In this document: piece by piece, positions 1 through 9,700 of the stretch | Layout: each line of letters opens with the position of its first letter | Numbering within the stretch: the first letter of the stretch is position 1 | From: Acidimicrobiia bacterium | GTDB taxonomy: Bacteria; Actinomycetota; Acidimicrobiia; Spongiisociales; UBA5794 | NCBI GenBank assembly: GCA_030064765.1 | Contig: JASJEG010000004.1 | Coordinates: 1-53,863, forward strand | DNA length: 53,863 bases | Direction: 5' to 3' | Made by a program: the position numbers and the translations under genes | The notes under the pieces: model-generated | The model's input: the letters and a program-made list of their open reading frames with translations, nothing else | What the model was told of the DNA's origin: nothing | Databases searched by the model: none

Positions 1-1
1 T

Positions 2-151
2 TCGATCTTCGAGACGGACATAGACAAGTTGGCAACAGCGAAAGTGACTCTGGGCTGCAACCCGCCTGCCAACGATCACTTCTGCCCTGACGACCCGGTG
101 ACCCGCGGACAGATGGCGGCGTTCTTGGTACGGGCACTGGCTCTCGGATAG
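2..151 (+). CDS. 3' end of S-layer homology (SLH) domain protein (partial)
   Basis: Frame 2 reads SIFETDIDKLATAKVTLGCNPPANDHFCPDDPVTRGQMAAFLVRALALG*; FCP..PVTRGQMAAFL is an SLH signature. Confidence 0.85.
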   Translation, partial: SIFETDIDKLATAKVTLGCNPPANDHFCPDDPVTRGQMAAFLVRALALG

Positions 152-180
152 AGAGACGCCTATTGCCTATTGCGTGGCTT

Positions 181-211
181 CCGGTGCGCTCAGCTCAGCC
201 GGGCGCACCGG
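181..211. terminator. Hairpin between convergent genes
   Basis: CCGGTGCGC (181-189) / GCGCACCGG (203-211) inverted repeat. Confidence 0.45.
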
Positions 212-250
212 TCGGGCTGCGCCGGCGCCAAGAAGCGGAGCTGTGCTGAG

Positions 251-742
251 CTAGGCCATCGCGGCCAGCAAATCGGGAACCTGGCTGAGTGAGCCCTTCA
301 TGCCCTCCTCGGCGCCCATCTCGATGAGTTGCTCCATTGCCTCGAGCGAGGGGAACATGGTCGTGATGACCATTCGGGTGGCGTCGCCGATGTCTGAGAT
401 GTCGACGCGACTGGTCATCGTCGGCATTCCCTCGACCTCGTTGCCGTCGTCGTCGAGGAAGCCGTCGCCGAGCTCGAGTGCCTTGGGCGGGTCGATGGCG
501 ATGAACTCGGAGAACCCGTGGTACTTCTCACCCTCAGGCCCGGTCATGTAGTAGCGCACCTTGCCGCCCGGGGTGAACTCGTGCTCGACAACCGTTGCCG
601 GATACTCGGGCGGGCCCCACCACTTCTCGAACAGGCGAGGGTCGGCCCACAACTGCCATACCCGTTCCGGGGTGGAGTCGAACTCCGCCGTGAACGACAT
701 GGTCAGCTTCTCGGGGTCCTTGTGGATAGCGGTGATGGTCAT
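251..742 (-). CDS. SRPBCC/AHSA1-like ligand-binding protein
   Basis: F...PERVWQLWADP....WWGP..YP motif; ATG overlaps ArsR stop (ATGA). Confidence 0.9.
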   Translation of the reverse strand: MTITAIHKDPEKLTMSFTAEFDSTPERVWQLWADPRLFEKWWGPPEYPATVVEHEFTPGGKVRYYMTGPEGEKYHGFSEFIAIDPPKALELGDGFLDDDGNEVEGMPTMTSRVDISDIGDATRMVITTMFPSLEAMEQLIEMGAEEGMKGSLSQVPDLLAAMA

Positions 743-1086
743 CGTGATTCTCCGGTTTCTAGAGCGAGAAGCTCGCCCATTCTGTTGACTCGCTGACGCC
801 ACAGCTCCTCGAACTGGTCGAGCAGCTGTGCCGCCTGGTTGATGGTTGCGATATCGGTGGTGACCAGCCGTTCCCGGCCGCGCCGGGTCTTGGTCACCAA
901 TCCGGCCCGCTCCAGGACCGAGACGTGCTTCTGCACAGCCGCAAAGCTCATCGCATAACCGGCGGCCAGCTCGGACACCGAGTGCTCGCCGGCAATGGCG
1001 CGCTTGACGATATCCCGCCGGGTCGCATCGGCCAGGGCGTGAAAGAGCAGATCAACTTGCTCGTCGGTCATCGTATCTACAACCAT
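739..1086 (-). CDS. ArsR/SmtB family transcriptional regulator
   Basis: FHALADATRRDI...SVSELA...MSFAAVQKHVSVLERAGLV HTH; start could be a few codons later (MTDEQ). Confidence 0.9.
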   Translation of the reverse strand: MVVDTMTDEQVDLLFHALADATRRDIVKRAIAGEHSVSELAAGYAMSFAAVQKHVSVLERAGLVTKTRRGRERLVTTDIATINQAAQLLDQFEELWRQRVNRMGELLALETGESR

Positions 1087-1095
1087 ATGGTTGTA
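1078..1095. promoter_or_regulatory. Perfect 18-bp palindrome, probable ArsR operator
   Basis: TACAACCATATGGTTGTA overlaps the ArsR start. Confidence 0.8.
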
Positions 1096-1161
1096 TGTTA
1101 GCCGGGATCGGCGGCTTGGCAAGGGTGTCTCCCATCGGTGCATCCTCGTAGAGTGATCGTC

Positions 1162-2301
1162 GTGATCAGCCGTCCCCTCACGAAGCGACAGCTCAACCGC
1201 ACCACGCTGGCCCGACAGCTACTGCTGCAACGCAAGCCGCTCGGCGCTGTCGATGCGGTTCGTCGCGTGGTTGCCCTGCAAGCGCAGGAGCCCGCCTCGC
1301 CCTACATCGCACTGTGGAACCGGGTGGAGGGCTTCGACCCGGCGGAACTCGATGGGGCCTATGCCGATCGTTCGGTCATCAAGGCATCGTTGATGCGGAT
1401 CACACTCCACGCCGTTGCCGCCACCGACTACGCGACCTTCCAGCTTGGGATGTTGCGCACGCTGCGGGCTGCCCGGCTGAACGATCGCCGCTTCGAGTCA
1501 ACTGGTTTGTCGATATCGGAAGCCGATGCGCTGGTGCCGATCTTGCTCCAACTCCTCGCCGAGCCCCGCTCCCGCCAACAGATCGAGGAGATGCTCGAGA
1601 GCGAGCTTGGTGAAACTCCGGACAGGCACGTGTTCTGGGCGCTGCGCACCTTTTCCCCTCTGCTGCATGCTCCCACCGGTGGGCCGTGGTCGTTCACGAG
1701 CAATGCTCCCTCGTACCAGGCCGCGCCTTTCGACCGGACCGAGACGGATCAGGCGGCGGCACTGCAGCACCTCATCTGGCGCTACCTCGAGGGGTTCGGT
1801 CCGGCTTCGCCTGCCGACTTCGCCCAGTTTGCGTTGCATCGGCAGGCGGAGATTCGCCCCGCACTGGCGGGCCTGGCCGATCGCCTCGTCACCATCGACG
1901 GGCCCAACGGGAAACTGCTCGACATCCCCAACGGTCACGTTGCCGATAGCGACGCCGCCGCTCCGCCCCGCTTGCTCCCGATGTGGGACAGCACGCTGCT
2001 CGCCTATAGGGACAGAAGCCGAATCATCCCCGAGGAGCACCGCCGGACGGTCATTCGGCGCAACGGTGATGTGCTTCCCACCGTGCTGGTCGATGGCTAC
2101 GTCGCCGGTGTGTGGAGATCGATCGAGGACGGAATCGAAGTCACAGCGTTCCGCCGATTGAGCGATGCTGAGTGGACCGGGCTGGCTGAGGAGGCCGCCG
2201 GCCTCGTCGCATTCCTGTCCGCTCGCGAGCCCCTGGTGTACTCCCGCTACGGCAACTGGTGGAAGGACATGCCGGGGGAGCGGCGGCTTCTGGCGGCGTG
2301 A
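1162..2301 (+). CDS. HTH_42 winged-helix DNA glycosylase, AlkZ-like
   Basis: LNRTTLARQLLL, LQAQ (QxQ) motif, LMRITLH, RLLPMWD, VLVDGYVAGVW; TAGAGT-N7-GTG suggests leaderless start at 1162. Confidence 0.85.
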   Translation: MISRPLTKRQLNRTTLARQLLLQRKPLGAVDAVRRVVALQAQEPASPYIALWNRVEGFDPAELDGAYADRSVIKASLMRITLHAVAATDYATFQLGMLRTLRAARLNDRRFESTGLSISEADALVPILLQLLAEPRSRQQIEEMLESELGETPDRHVFWALRTFSPLLHAPTGGPWSFTSNAPSYQAAPFDRTETDQAAALQHLIWRYLEGFGPASPADFAQFALHRQAEIRPALAGLADRLVTIDGPNGKLLDIPNGHVADSDAAAPPRLLPMWDSTLLAYRDRSRIIPEEHRRTVIRRNGDVLPTVLVDGYVAGVWRSIEDGIEVTAFRRLSDAEWTGLAEEAAGLVAFLSAREPLVYSRYGNWWKDMPGERRLLAA

Positions 2302-2322
2302 GTTCTCCCGCCGTCGCCTTCT

Positions 2323-2375
2323 CCGTTCTTGCGTAGAAACGTCGCCTATACAGCTACGGATGTACGCAAGAACGG
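2323..2375. repeat. ~53-bp palindromic REP-like element between convergent genes
   Basis: CCGTTCTTGCGTA...TACGCAAGAACGG; termini resemble units at 47835-47955. Confidence 0.6.
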
Positions 2376-2380
2376 TTGGG

Positions 2381-3334
2381 CTACCTCTGTTCGCGGAAGT
2401 AGGGGAGACCCAATGCTGCCGGGGCACCGAGGAACCTGGCTCGCTTGCCGCTGGTGAGGGCCAGCATGGCGACGATGGCCAGGATGAACGGCAGCATCGC
2501 CAGCAGATTCGACGGCACGTTGGACCATGGCTCACCGAGGGTTTGCAGGGTGAACTGGATCCGCTCGGCAGCTCCGAACAGGTAGGCAGCAAACAGGGCT
2601 CGCGACGGTCTCCAACTGGCCAGGATGACCAGGGCGATACAAATCCAGCCTGCCTGACCGATGGGCTCGTTCTGCCAGGTCGGCACCAGGGCCAGCGAGT
2701 AGTAGGCCCCGCCCAGACCGGCGAACGCGCCGCCAATCATGATGTGGATGTAGCGCACCCGAGCCACGTTGACACCGGCCGATTCTGCGCTGGCGGGATC
2801 TTCGCCGACGGCGCGGAGTGAAAGCCCCATGCGGGTCCGGAAGACGTAGAAGCTCGCCGCCGCCACCGTGATCCAGGACACGTAGACCATGATGTCGTGA
2901 CCGAACACCAGCGGTCCCAGGATCGGAATGTCGGCGAGGCCACCCTCGAGGATCGGCTCGAACGTCGCCTTCGACGGCTCGCCGACCAGCGGCTCGGACC
3001 CGGTCTCACCGAGGAAGCTCGACAAGCCGGTGCCGAAGATCGTGAGGGCAAGACCAGACACGATCTGACTCACCCGTAGCGTTACCGAGGCAAACGCATG
3101 AACCACCGACAGCGCGGCTCCGGCGAGCATGGCCACGATGACGCCGAGCAGCAGGTTCTCCGTGTTGAACGTCGCCCAGAAGCCGGCGACAGCCCCGACC
3201 AGCATCATGCCCTGCACACCGAGGTTCAAGTTGCCGGCGCGTTCCGTGATGATCTCGCCGACCGTTCCGAAGACCAGCGGTGTGCCCAGGCCGATCGCAG
3301 CGAACAAGGTGAGGATCAACGTTGACTCGTTCAT
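2381..3334 (-). CDS. Nucleoside/purine ABC transporter permease
   Basis: GEIITERAGNLNLGVQGMM, LRAVGEDPASAESAGVNV, PAALGLPY. Confidence 0.92.
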   Translation of the reverse strand: MNESTLILTLFAAIGLGTPLVFGTVGEIITERAGNLNLGVQGMMLVGAVAGFWATFNTENLLLGVIVAMLAGAALSVVHAFASVTLRVSQIVSGLALTIFGTGLSSFLGETGSEPLVGEPSKATFEPILEGGLADIPILGPLVFGHDIMVYVSWITVAAASFYVFRTRMGLSLRAVGEDPASAESAGVNVARVRYIHIMIGGAFAGLGGAYYSLALVPTWQNEPIGQAGWICIALVILASWRPSRALFAAYLFGAAERIQFTLQTLGEPWSNVPSNLLAMLPFILAIVAMLALTSGKRARFLGAPAALGLPYFREQR

Positions 3335-4452
3335 GCCTCACCTCCTTCCGCAGCCGCCACCGGCTGGGGTTTCTTCTCCGGTCTCCTGAGCCGATTGGCG
3401 ATGAAGAACTCACCGGCGACGGCAAAGATCAGGATTGCGCCCTGCAGCATCTCGACAGTTGCCGCCGGGACCCGGATCGACTGCAACGACGGGCCGGCGT
3501 TGTTGAGCGCACCCATCAGGATGCCAACAGGGACGACGGCGACCGGGTTCAATCGGGCCAGCGCGGCCACGATGATGCCGGTGAAGCCGAGGCCGAGGTC
3601 CAACGACCGGGGGTCGAGTGCCCCGACCGGCCCGGCGACGTACAGCGAGCCGGCCAGACCGGCGAATGCGCCAGACATCAGGAACACACCGAGGAACTTC
3701 CGGGGCACTGCGATGCCTGCATAGCGGGCCGTGTCGGACGAGTCACCGACGACTCGTACCTCGAATCCCCACTTCGTCTTGCTGATCAGGAACCAGGCGA
3801 GGATGGCGAACGCCACCGCAATGAAGAACCCGTAGTCGAGGCGCTGGGAATCGAGGATCTCCGGAATTCGCCCGCTGTCGGGGATGGGCCGGCCGCTCGG
3901 GAATTGGCTCACCTCGGGATCGCGCCACGGGCTGCTGCTCCCGAAGATCAGGTAGTACATGAAGTTGAGTGCGATGAAGTTCAACATCAGCGTGGTGATG
4001 ATCTCGTTCACACCCAGGTACACCTTGGGAACGGCCGAGACCGAAGCCCAGAAGGCGCCACCGACGGCACCGGCCAAGATGACCACCGGGATGGCAATCA
4101 GGGCCGGAGTCCCCGAGCCGAGGGCGATGCCGACACCGGCAGCAAAGACCGCGCCCATGATGAACTGACCTTCAGCACCGATGTTCCAGACCAGCATCTT
4201 GAACGCAACGGCCGCTGCGACGCCGGTGAGGATCAGCGGTGTTGCTGAGATGAGGGTCTCGCTGAGCCCGCGCTGCGAACCGAATGCGGTATCGACCATC
4301 TTGACGTACACCTCGCCGGGGCTGTTCCCGGTCAGGGCGAGGAAGATCGCTCCCACGATGAGAGCGAGTAGCACCGACGCAGCCGGAACGGCGAGGGTGA
4401 GACCCAGCGACGCGAGCCCGCGCGGTTCGACGATGATGCGACGTGTCGTCAT
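3331..4452 (-). CDS. Nucleoside/purine ABC transporter permease
   Basis: WNIGAEGQF, GVNEIITTLMLNFIA, GFTGIIVAALARLNP; 4-nt overlaps with neighbours. Confidence 0.92.
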   Translation of the reverse strand: MTTRRIIVEPRGLASLGLTLAVPAASVLLALIVGAIFLALTGNSPGEVYVKMVDTAFGSQRGLSETLISATPLILTGVAAAVAFKMLVWNIGAEGQFIMGAVFAAGVGIALGSGTPALIAIPVVILAGAVGGAFWASVSAVPKVYLGVNEIITTLMLNFIALNFMYYLIFGSSSPWRDPEVSQFPSGRPIPDSGRIPEILDSQRLDYGFFIAVAFAILAWFLISKTKWGFEVRVVGDSSDTARYAGIAVPRKFLGVFLMSGAFAGLAGSLYVAGPVGALDPRSLDLGLGFTGIIVAALARLNPVAVVPVGILMGALNNAGPSLQSIRVPAATVEMLQGAILIFAVAGEFFIANRLRRPEKKPQPVAAAEGGEA

Positions 4453-5975
4453 GTCGCTGCCTCCTCCTTGTGCCCGGCCATTAGTAGGCCGAGGCGCTCG
4501 GGTGTCGCCTCCTCGGCCGGCATCCTTCCGGCGACTTGACCTTCGTAGAGAACGAGTACGCGGTCGGACAGAGCGAGCAACTCGTCGAGGTCTTCGGAGA
4601 TGAGCAGAACCGCCGTGCCTTTGGCCCGTTCCGCCAGTACCAGATTGCGGACCGCTTCGGTTGCTCCCACGTCGAGGCCGCGAGTCGGGGAGCGGGCGAT
4701 GAGCACTTTGGGGTTGAGCTCAACCTCGCGGGCCAGCAGTGCCTTCTGTAGGTTGCCGCCTGATAGCAGTCGGATCGGCAGGCCGGGACGGACCCCGCGG
4801 ATGTCGTACTTCTCGATCCACTTCTGGCCGCGCTCCTTGAAGACGCTCGCCGCCAGCATCAATCCCTTTGAGTAGGGCGGCTTGCGGTAAGCCTTGAGCC
4901 CGAGGTTGTCCTCGGTTGTCAGCCCGGGGGCAAGCCCCATACCGAGTCGGCTCTGCGGCACGTACGCAACACCGCGGTCGATCTTGTCGGCGACACTCAA
5001 GCTGGTTACGTCTTCACCATCGACGGTGACGGTGCCGGAGGTTGGGGTGCGCAGCCCGACGATCCCGTATGCGAGCTCGCGTTGCCCGTTGCCGGAGACC
5101 CCGGAGATCCCGAGGACTTCCCCGCCGCGAACTTCGAAGCTGATCCCGCGCACGGCTTCGAGCCCGCGGTCTCCGGCGACACGCACGTCGTCGACGATGA
5201 GCATGGCGTCGCCGACGTCGTGTTGGGCGTCGCGGGTGGGCAGCTCGAGATCGCGGCCCACCATCATGCGGGCCAGGTCGCGCGGTTCGGCGTCTGCCGT
5301 ATCGGCACCGCCGACGGTTGTCCCGTCACGAAGGACAGTGACACGATCCGACACCTGTTTGACTTCGTGCAGCTTGTGGGACACGAAGATCACCGAGCGT
5401 CCCTCGGACGCAAGCTGTCGCATCGTCTTGAACAGCTGCTGTGCTTCCTGCGGAGTCAGCACCGCAGTTGGCTCGTCGAGGATGAGGATCTTGGCCTGCC
5501 GGTACAGCAGCTTCAGGATCTCGACCCGCTGCTGCTCGCCAACCGAGAGCTGCCAGATGCGCGCCGCCGGATCAACGGGAAGCCCGTACTCCTCGCCGAG
5601 CTGACGGGCATCATCCTCCAATTCGGCTTGCGAGATGCTCATCCCGAGCTTGGGATGGCCGAGAGCGAGGTTCTCTGCCACAGTGAGGTTGGATACCAGA
5701 CGGAAGTGCTGATACACCATTCCGACACCGGCGGCGAGGGCGTCCTTTGGCGTCTTGAACACGGTGGGCGTGCCTTCGAAAAGGAACTCCCCGGCGTCGG
5801 GCCGGTAGAGGCCGGCGAGGATGGAGCACAGGGTGGATTTACCGGCGCCGTTCTCTCCGAGCAGGGCGTGCACTTCGCCCTTGCGTAACTGGAAGTTGAC
5901 GTTGTCGTTGGCCTTTACTCCGTAGAAGGCCTTGTCGATGTTCCGGAACTCAACTGCAAGGGTGCTATCGGCCAT
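4449..5975 (-). CDS. ABC transporter ATP-binding protein (two NBDs)
   Basis: GENGAGKST, LSVGEQQRVEI, ILDEPT, LSGGNLQK. Confidence 0.95.
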   Translation of the reverse strand: MADSTLAVEFRNIDKAFYGVKANDNVNFQLRKGEVHALLGENGAGKSTLCSILAGLYRPDAGEFLFEGTPTVFKTPKDALAAGVGMVYQHFRLVSNLTVAENLALGHPKLGMSISQAELEDDARQLGEEYGLPVDPAARIWQLSVGEQQRVEILKLLYRQAKILILDEPTAVLTPQEAQQLFKTMRQLASEGRSVIFVSHKLHEVKQVSDRVTVLRDGTTVGGADTADAEPRDLARMMVGRDLELPTRDAQHDVGDAMLIVDDVRVAGDRGLEAVRGISFEVRGGEVLGISGVSGNGQRELAYGIVGLRTPTSGTVTVDGEDVTSLSVADKIDRGVAYVPQSRLGMGLAPGLTTEDNLGLKAYRKPPYSKGLMLAASVFKERGQKWIEKYDIRGVRPGLPIRLLSGGNLQKALLAREVELNPKVLIARSPTRGLDVGATEAVRNLVLAERAKGTAVLLISEDLDELLALSDRVLVLYEGQVAGRMPAEEATPERLGLLMAGHKEEAAT

Positions 5976-6011
5976 TGCCGTAGCCTAGCGATTCGGATCG
6001 GAGCGCACCCT

Positions 6012-6047
6012 GGCAAAGAAGCGGGGCCCCGCATCCGCGGAGCCCCG
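6012..6047 (-). terminator. Stem-loop after BMP gene (intra-operon terminator/stabiliser)
   Basis: Minus strand CGGGGCTCCGC-GGAT-GCGGGGCCCCG followed by CTTCTTT. Confidence 0.65.
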
Positions 6048-6070
6048 ACTTGCTTCAGGTTGGGAGCGGA

Positions 6071-7195
6071 TCAGCCGGTCGGGCTGCCGATGACGCCCTC
6101 GACAAAGAAGTCCATCGAGAAGATGTCACCAAGCGGCTGCTCGGCGCCGTCCTGGTTCATGATCGGATCTGGGAAGACACTGAACGAACCATCGATGATC
6201 TGCGCCTTGCGCTCCTCGATCAGGTCGATCGTCGCCTGGTCGACCGAATCGCCGTATGGAGCGATGTCGACCATGCCGTCTGCCATGTTGCCGTAGTAGG
6301 CGGTGGCCTCCCAATTACCGGCGACGAAGTCCTCGACCGTCTTGAGGTAGTACGGGCCCCAGTCCCAGATGGCTGCTGTCAGCCATGCCGACGGTGCGAA
6401 CTCGGTCATGTCGGTGTTGTAGCCAACCCACTTGGCTCCCGCTGCCTCGGCCTCCTGGCCGGGTGCTGCGGAGTCCTGGTGCATGGCGATGACGTCTGCG
6501 CCCGCGTCGAGCAGCGACTTGGCCGCTGCGCCTTCCTTGGGCGGATCGAACCAGGTAGAGGTCCAGACGACCTGCACCTGTGCATCCGGGTTCACTTCCT
6601 GGGCGCCGAGAGTGAAGGCGTTGATGCCGCGCAGCACCTCGGGGATCGGGAAGGCAGCGACGTAACCGATGAGGTTGCTATCAGTGGCAGCGCCGGCGGC
6701 CATCCCGCTCAGGTAGCGGCCCTCTTCGGCGGCGCCGAAGTAGTTGCCCATGCCCGGGCCGGTCTTGAAGCCGGTCGCGTGCAAGAAGGCAACATCCGGG
6801 AAGTTCTCGGATGCGGCCAGCATCGGATCCATGTAGCCGAACGATGTGCCGAAGATGACCTGGTTGCCTGCGGCAGCGAGATCCTCGAACACGCGCTGCG
6901 AGTCAGAGCCCTCGGGGATGCTCTCCAGCGTTGTGATTTCGACGTTGGCGTTGGCTTCGAGGTACTGAGCGCCCTGGTCATGTGCCCAGGACCAGCCCTT
7001 GTCCGCTACCGGTCCGACGTGAACGAACGCAACCTTGATTGCTTCTGCGTCGTCCGCAGCTGCTGTCGTTTCGGTGTCGCCTGATGGCGCCGCGGTGGTG
7101 GCCGCGTCGCCCTCATCGTCGCCACCGCACGCGGCGGCGAGCAGCGACAGGGCGAGGACGAGAATGGCGATCAGCCGCCAGTTCCTTAGATTCAT
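6071..7195 (-). CDS. BMP family ABC substrate-binding lipoprotein (purine nucleoside type)
   Basis: Lipobox LAAAC; VGPVADKGWSWAH, IFGTSFGY, GINAFTLGA, WFDP, QDS; AAGGAG RBS. Confidence 0.93.
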   Translation of the reverse strand: MNLRNWRLIAILVLALSLLAAACGGDDEGDAATTAAPSGDTETTAAADDAEAIKVAFVHVGPVADKGWSWAHDQGAQYLEANANVEITTLESIPEGSDSQRVFEDLAAAGNQVIFGTSFGYMDPMLAASENFPDVAFLHATGFKTGPGMGNYFGAAEEGRYLSGMAAGAATDSNLIGYVAAFPIPEVLRGINAFTLGAQEVNPDAQVQVVWTSTWFDPPKEGAAAKSLLDAGADVIAMHQDSAAPGQEAEAAGAKWVGYNTDMTEFAPSAWLTAAIWDWGPYYLKTVEDFVAGNWEATAYYGNMADGMVDIAPYGDSVDQATIDLIEERKAQIIDGSFSVFPDPIMNQDGAEQPLGDIFSMDFFVEGVIGSPTG

Positions 7196-7273
7196 AGAGT
7201 CTCCTTCTCCGCGATCGTTCCCGTTGCCGGGAAGGATCGATTGCGCTCTCATTTGGGGAGTGCGGCCCCCACT

Positions 7274-8281
7274 CTAGGAAGAGATCAGAGAAATGGCTCC
7301 ATCGGCGGCTTCGGGCGAGTGATCTTCCGGCGTCTCGGTGATGTCGATCAGTCGGGGTGAAGCCATCTGCTCAACCCGGCCTTCAGTGTCGACCACGCGG
7401 CCGACCATTCGCCAATGGCCCGCCGGTCGTCGCTTCCCGCGATACATCAGATCGTCGGCAGTATGGATCATCTCCTCGACTGATCCCGGCGGGACCCGGA
7501 AGGTAACAAATCCGGCCGTTGCCGTCACTACGGGAATGTCGGTCCTCGCCGCCAGGCTATGCCTGATTCGGTTCAGGACGGCAGTCGCCTCATGTGGTCC
7601 GGTATTGGGGAGAATGAGCGTGAACTCGTCCCCGCCGACACGGCCGGCGATGTCGGTCGATCGAATCGATTTACTGATTACTTCGCCGAATGCGCTCAGG
7701 ACGTTGTCGCCGACGATGTGTCCATGAACGTCGTTGACCCCCTTGAAATCGTCGAGGTCGAGGAATGCGATCGTCATCGGCAACCTGCTTGTCGCCGCGC
7801 CGACCCGGGCATGTTCCCCAGTCCGCTGCAGCGCTCCGGTGTTGAGCAAGCCGGTTAGCGAGTCACGACGAGTTGCCTCGTCCAACTCCAGCACAAGCCG
7901 CCGGAAAGTCTTGGTGAGGGCGATTCCGATTCCCAGCAGAATCGATCCCGACATGGCGGCCAGGATCACCCGGGATCCTTGTGTTGCGTTTGCGGCCTCG
8001 AGCTGTCGGATGGCCCACAGCCCCATGATCGCCACCCCGATGAACGATGCCTCGTAGGTGCGGCCCGCCCAGGTCACCGCCGCCACGATGACGTAGGCCC
8101 CGAGCAGAACGTGGGCGTCTGATCCGATGATCGTGTCGACCACCAGCAATCCGGCGGCGGCAACGATGGCGGAAACCAGCACCACCCAGCGGGGAGGGCA
8201 GATCCCGCGCGCCAGCACACCCCATGCTGGGACTTCGCTGTACGTCGGCGCCTGGCTGAGCCGTTCCCGGTGTAGAACCAT
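7274..8281 (-). CDS. Membrane-anchored diguanylate cyclase (GGDEF)
   Basis: N-terminal TM segments; DSLTGLLN, DLDDFKGVND..GH..GD, RSTD I-site, intact GGDEF. Confidence 0.9.
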   Translation of the reverse strand: MVLHRERLSQAPTYSEVPAWGVLARGICPPRWVVLVSAIVAAAGLLVVDTIIGSDAHVLLGAYVIVAAVTWAGRTYEASFIGVAIMGLWAIRQLEAANATQGSRVILAAMSGSILLGIGIALTKTFRRLVLELDEATRRDSLTGLLNTGALQRTGEHARVGAATSRLPMTIAFLDLDDFKGVNDVHGHIVGDNVLSAFGEVISKSIRSTDIAGRVGGDEFTLILPNTGPHEATAVLNRIRHSLAARTDIPVVTATAGFVTFRVPPGSVEEMIHTADDLMYRGKRRPAGHWRMVGRVVDTEGRVEQMASPRLIDITETPEDHSPEAADGAISLISS

Positions 8282-8288
8282 GGCAACG

Positions 8289-8315
8289 TAATCGGAAGGT
8301 CAACTGCCGGCTTTA
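8289..8315 (-). promoter_or_regulatory. Sigma-28-type promoter, leaderless, for diguanylate cyclase
   Basis: TAAA-N15-TCCGATTA-N7-ATG. Confidence 0.7.
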
Positions 8316-8380
8316 GCCTGTTTCTACCAGGCGGAGGTAGGCAGGACAGGGCGAATAGGCGGAGAAGAGGCCGGCCTGGC

Positions 8381-9118
8381 TCAGAACACAACCGGTACCG
8401 ACAGCGCCATTGGCTTGTCGAGCCGACCGGCGAGCACGAGGCAGAACTCGATTGCGTCCATCTCGATCTTCACGCCATCGTCGCCGACCCGGTAACCGCC
8501 GCCCGCCGGGCCGTCGAGCAGCAACTGGAACGGCTCACCGTGGCGTTCGGCCCACTCGACAACAACATCCTCGACGATGCGCCCATCATGCCCGCGGGTC
8601 AGCACCAGCTCGCGGCCGGTTGCCGCAGCTATGTCGATGCGGTGCATCCACTGGTCCCGGGTGTAGACCCGATCGACGAGGTGGCCCATGGTCATCCGAT
8701 AGCCGACGCCGGTTGGAATCGGGATCCGCCGTGCGAGTGCTGGTGTTCGCTGGCGTCCCTTGATGGCTGCCGGGGCGACCTCTTGCAGCTGAGCGATGAG
8801 CTCGGAGGGGGAGTGGTGTCTCCGGGCGTCCACCTGTACCGCATTGATGCCGTCGATGTCCTCGACGTCCTCCCGGATAGCTATCCGCTTCCCCTTGACG
8901 AGCTGGCGAACACTCTCGGCAACCGATGCGTTGGCCTCGGCGGCTCCCAGTAGGTGGGCCACCATGAGGTGTACGTCCCAGTCGTCGCAGACCGTCTGCG
9001 TCGCCCAATCGTCAGGGGTCAGCTCGCCGAGCAGCTCGAACAGGCGTTGGTACTCGGTGTTCGCCAGCCCGGCCATCTCGGTGCGGTCTATTGGTTCAAT
9101 CGTTGTTGCGTCCTTCAC
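8381..9118 (-). CDS. Maleylpyruvate isomerase-like (MDMPI_N/DinB superfamily) protein
   Basis: DW...T.C..WDV...VAHL and WMHRIDI; GTG start overlaps TetR stop. Confidence 0.85.
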   Translation of the reverse strand: MKDATTIEPIDRTEMAGLANTEYQRLFELLGELTPDDWATQTVCDDWDVHLMVAHLLGAAEANASVAESVRQLVKGKRIAIREDVEDIDGINAVQVDARRHHSPSELIAQLQEVAPAAIKGRQRTPALARRIPIPTGVGYRMTMGHLVDRVYTRDQWMHRIDIAAATGRELVLTRGHDGRIVEDVVVEWAERHGEPFQLLLDGPAGGGYRVGDDGVKIEMDAIEFCLVLAGRLDKPMALSVPVVF

Positions 9119-9687
9119 GTGCTCTCCCTCCTCAGGAACATGTCTACTGCGGTTTCGATGAGGCGCAGCCAACGGTCGCCTCCGTGGTCATTGGCCACCT
9201 GCTGGCTCGCCAGGCCGCTGGTGAGCGCGGTCCACAGATCAAGCGACGGGCCATCACTGATGCCGACCCGACCCATGACCGAGCGCATATGCTCGTAGTT
9301 GTCGACTGCGGACGAATAGGCATCGGGCGACGGTTCCCATCCGGGTACCGCGTGCTGAAAGAGCAGCTGGAACCGCGCCGGGTCCTCGTCGCAGAACGCA
9401 ACAAAGTGACGGGCCGTCTCGATCAGCATGCTTCGTCGGTCGAGATCGGTCGGGAGGGATTCAAAGCGCACGCTCAGCTCGTGATTGCCCGCGATGAACA
9501 TGGCGTCGTGAATGGCGTCGTTGCCGGCGAAGTAGCCGTATAGCGAGCTCGGCGCCATCTCGAGGTGTGCCGCTATCTCCCTGACTCCCACCCGGCCCCA
9601 GCCCTGGGTCCTAGCGATCTCCCAGGCTGTTTCGATGATCGTGGCGCGAGTAGCCGCCCGACGGGATTCGACTCTTGCGGTGGCCAA
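9115..9687 (-). CDS. TetR family regulator
   Basis: RATIIETAWEI...VREIAAHLEMAPSSLYGYF HTH; AAGGAG before TTG. Confidence 0.88.
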   Translation of the reverse strand: MATARVESRRAATRATIIETAWEIARTQGWGRVGVREIAAHLEMAPSSLYGYFAGNDAIHDAMFIAGNHELSVRFESLPTDLDRRSMLIETARHFVAFCDEDPARFQLLFQHAVPGWEPSPDAYSSAVDNYEHMRSVMGRVGISDGPSLDLWTALTSGLASQQVANDHGGDRWLRLIETAVDMFLRREST

Positions 9688-9700
9688 GGCGCTCTCCTTA

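Noticed and set aside
157-174. GCCTATT short tandem repeat
   Set aside because: About two and a half units in an intergenic region; no evidence of function.
7196-7273. Purine riboswitch ahead of the nucleoside ABC operon
   Set aside because: Only a single hairpin (7212-7239); no three-way junction or conserved purine aptamer core.
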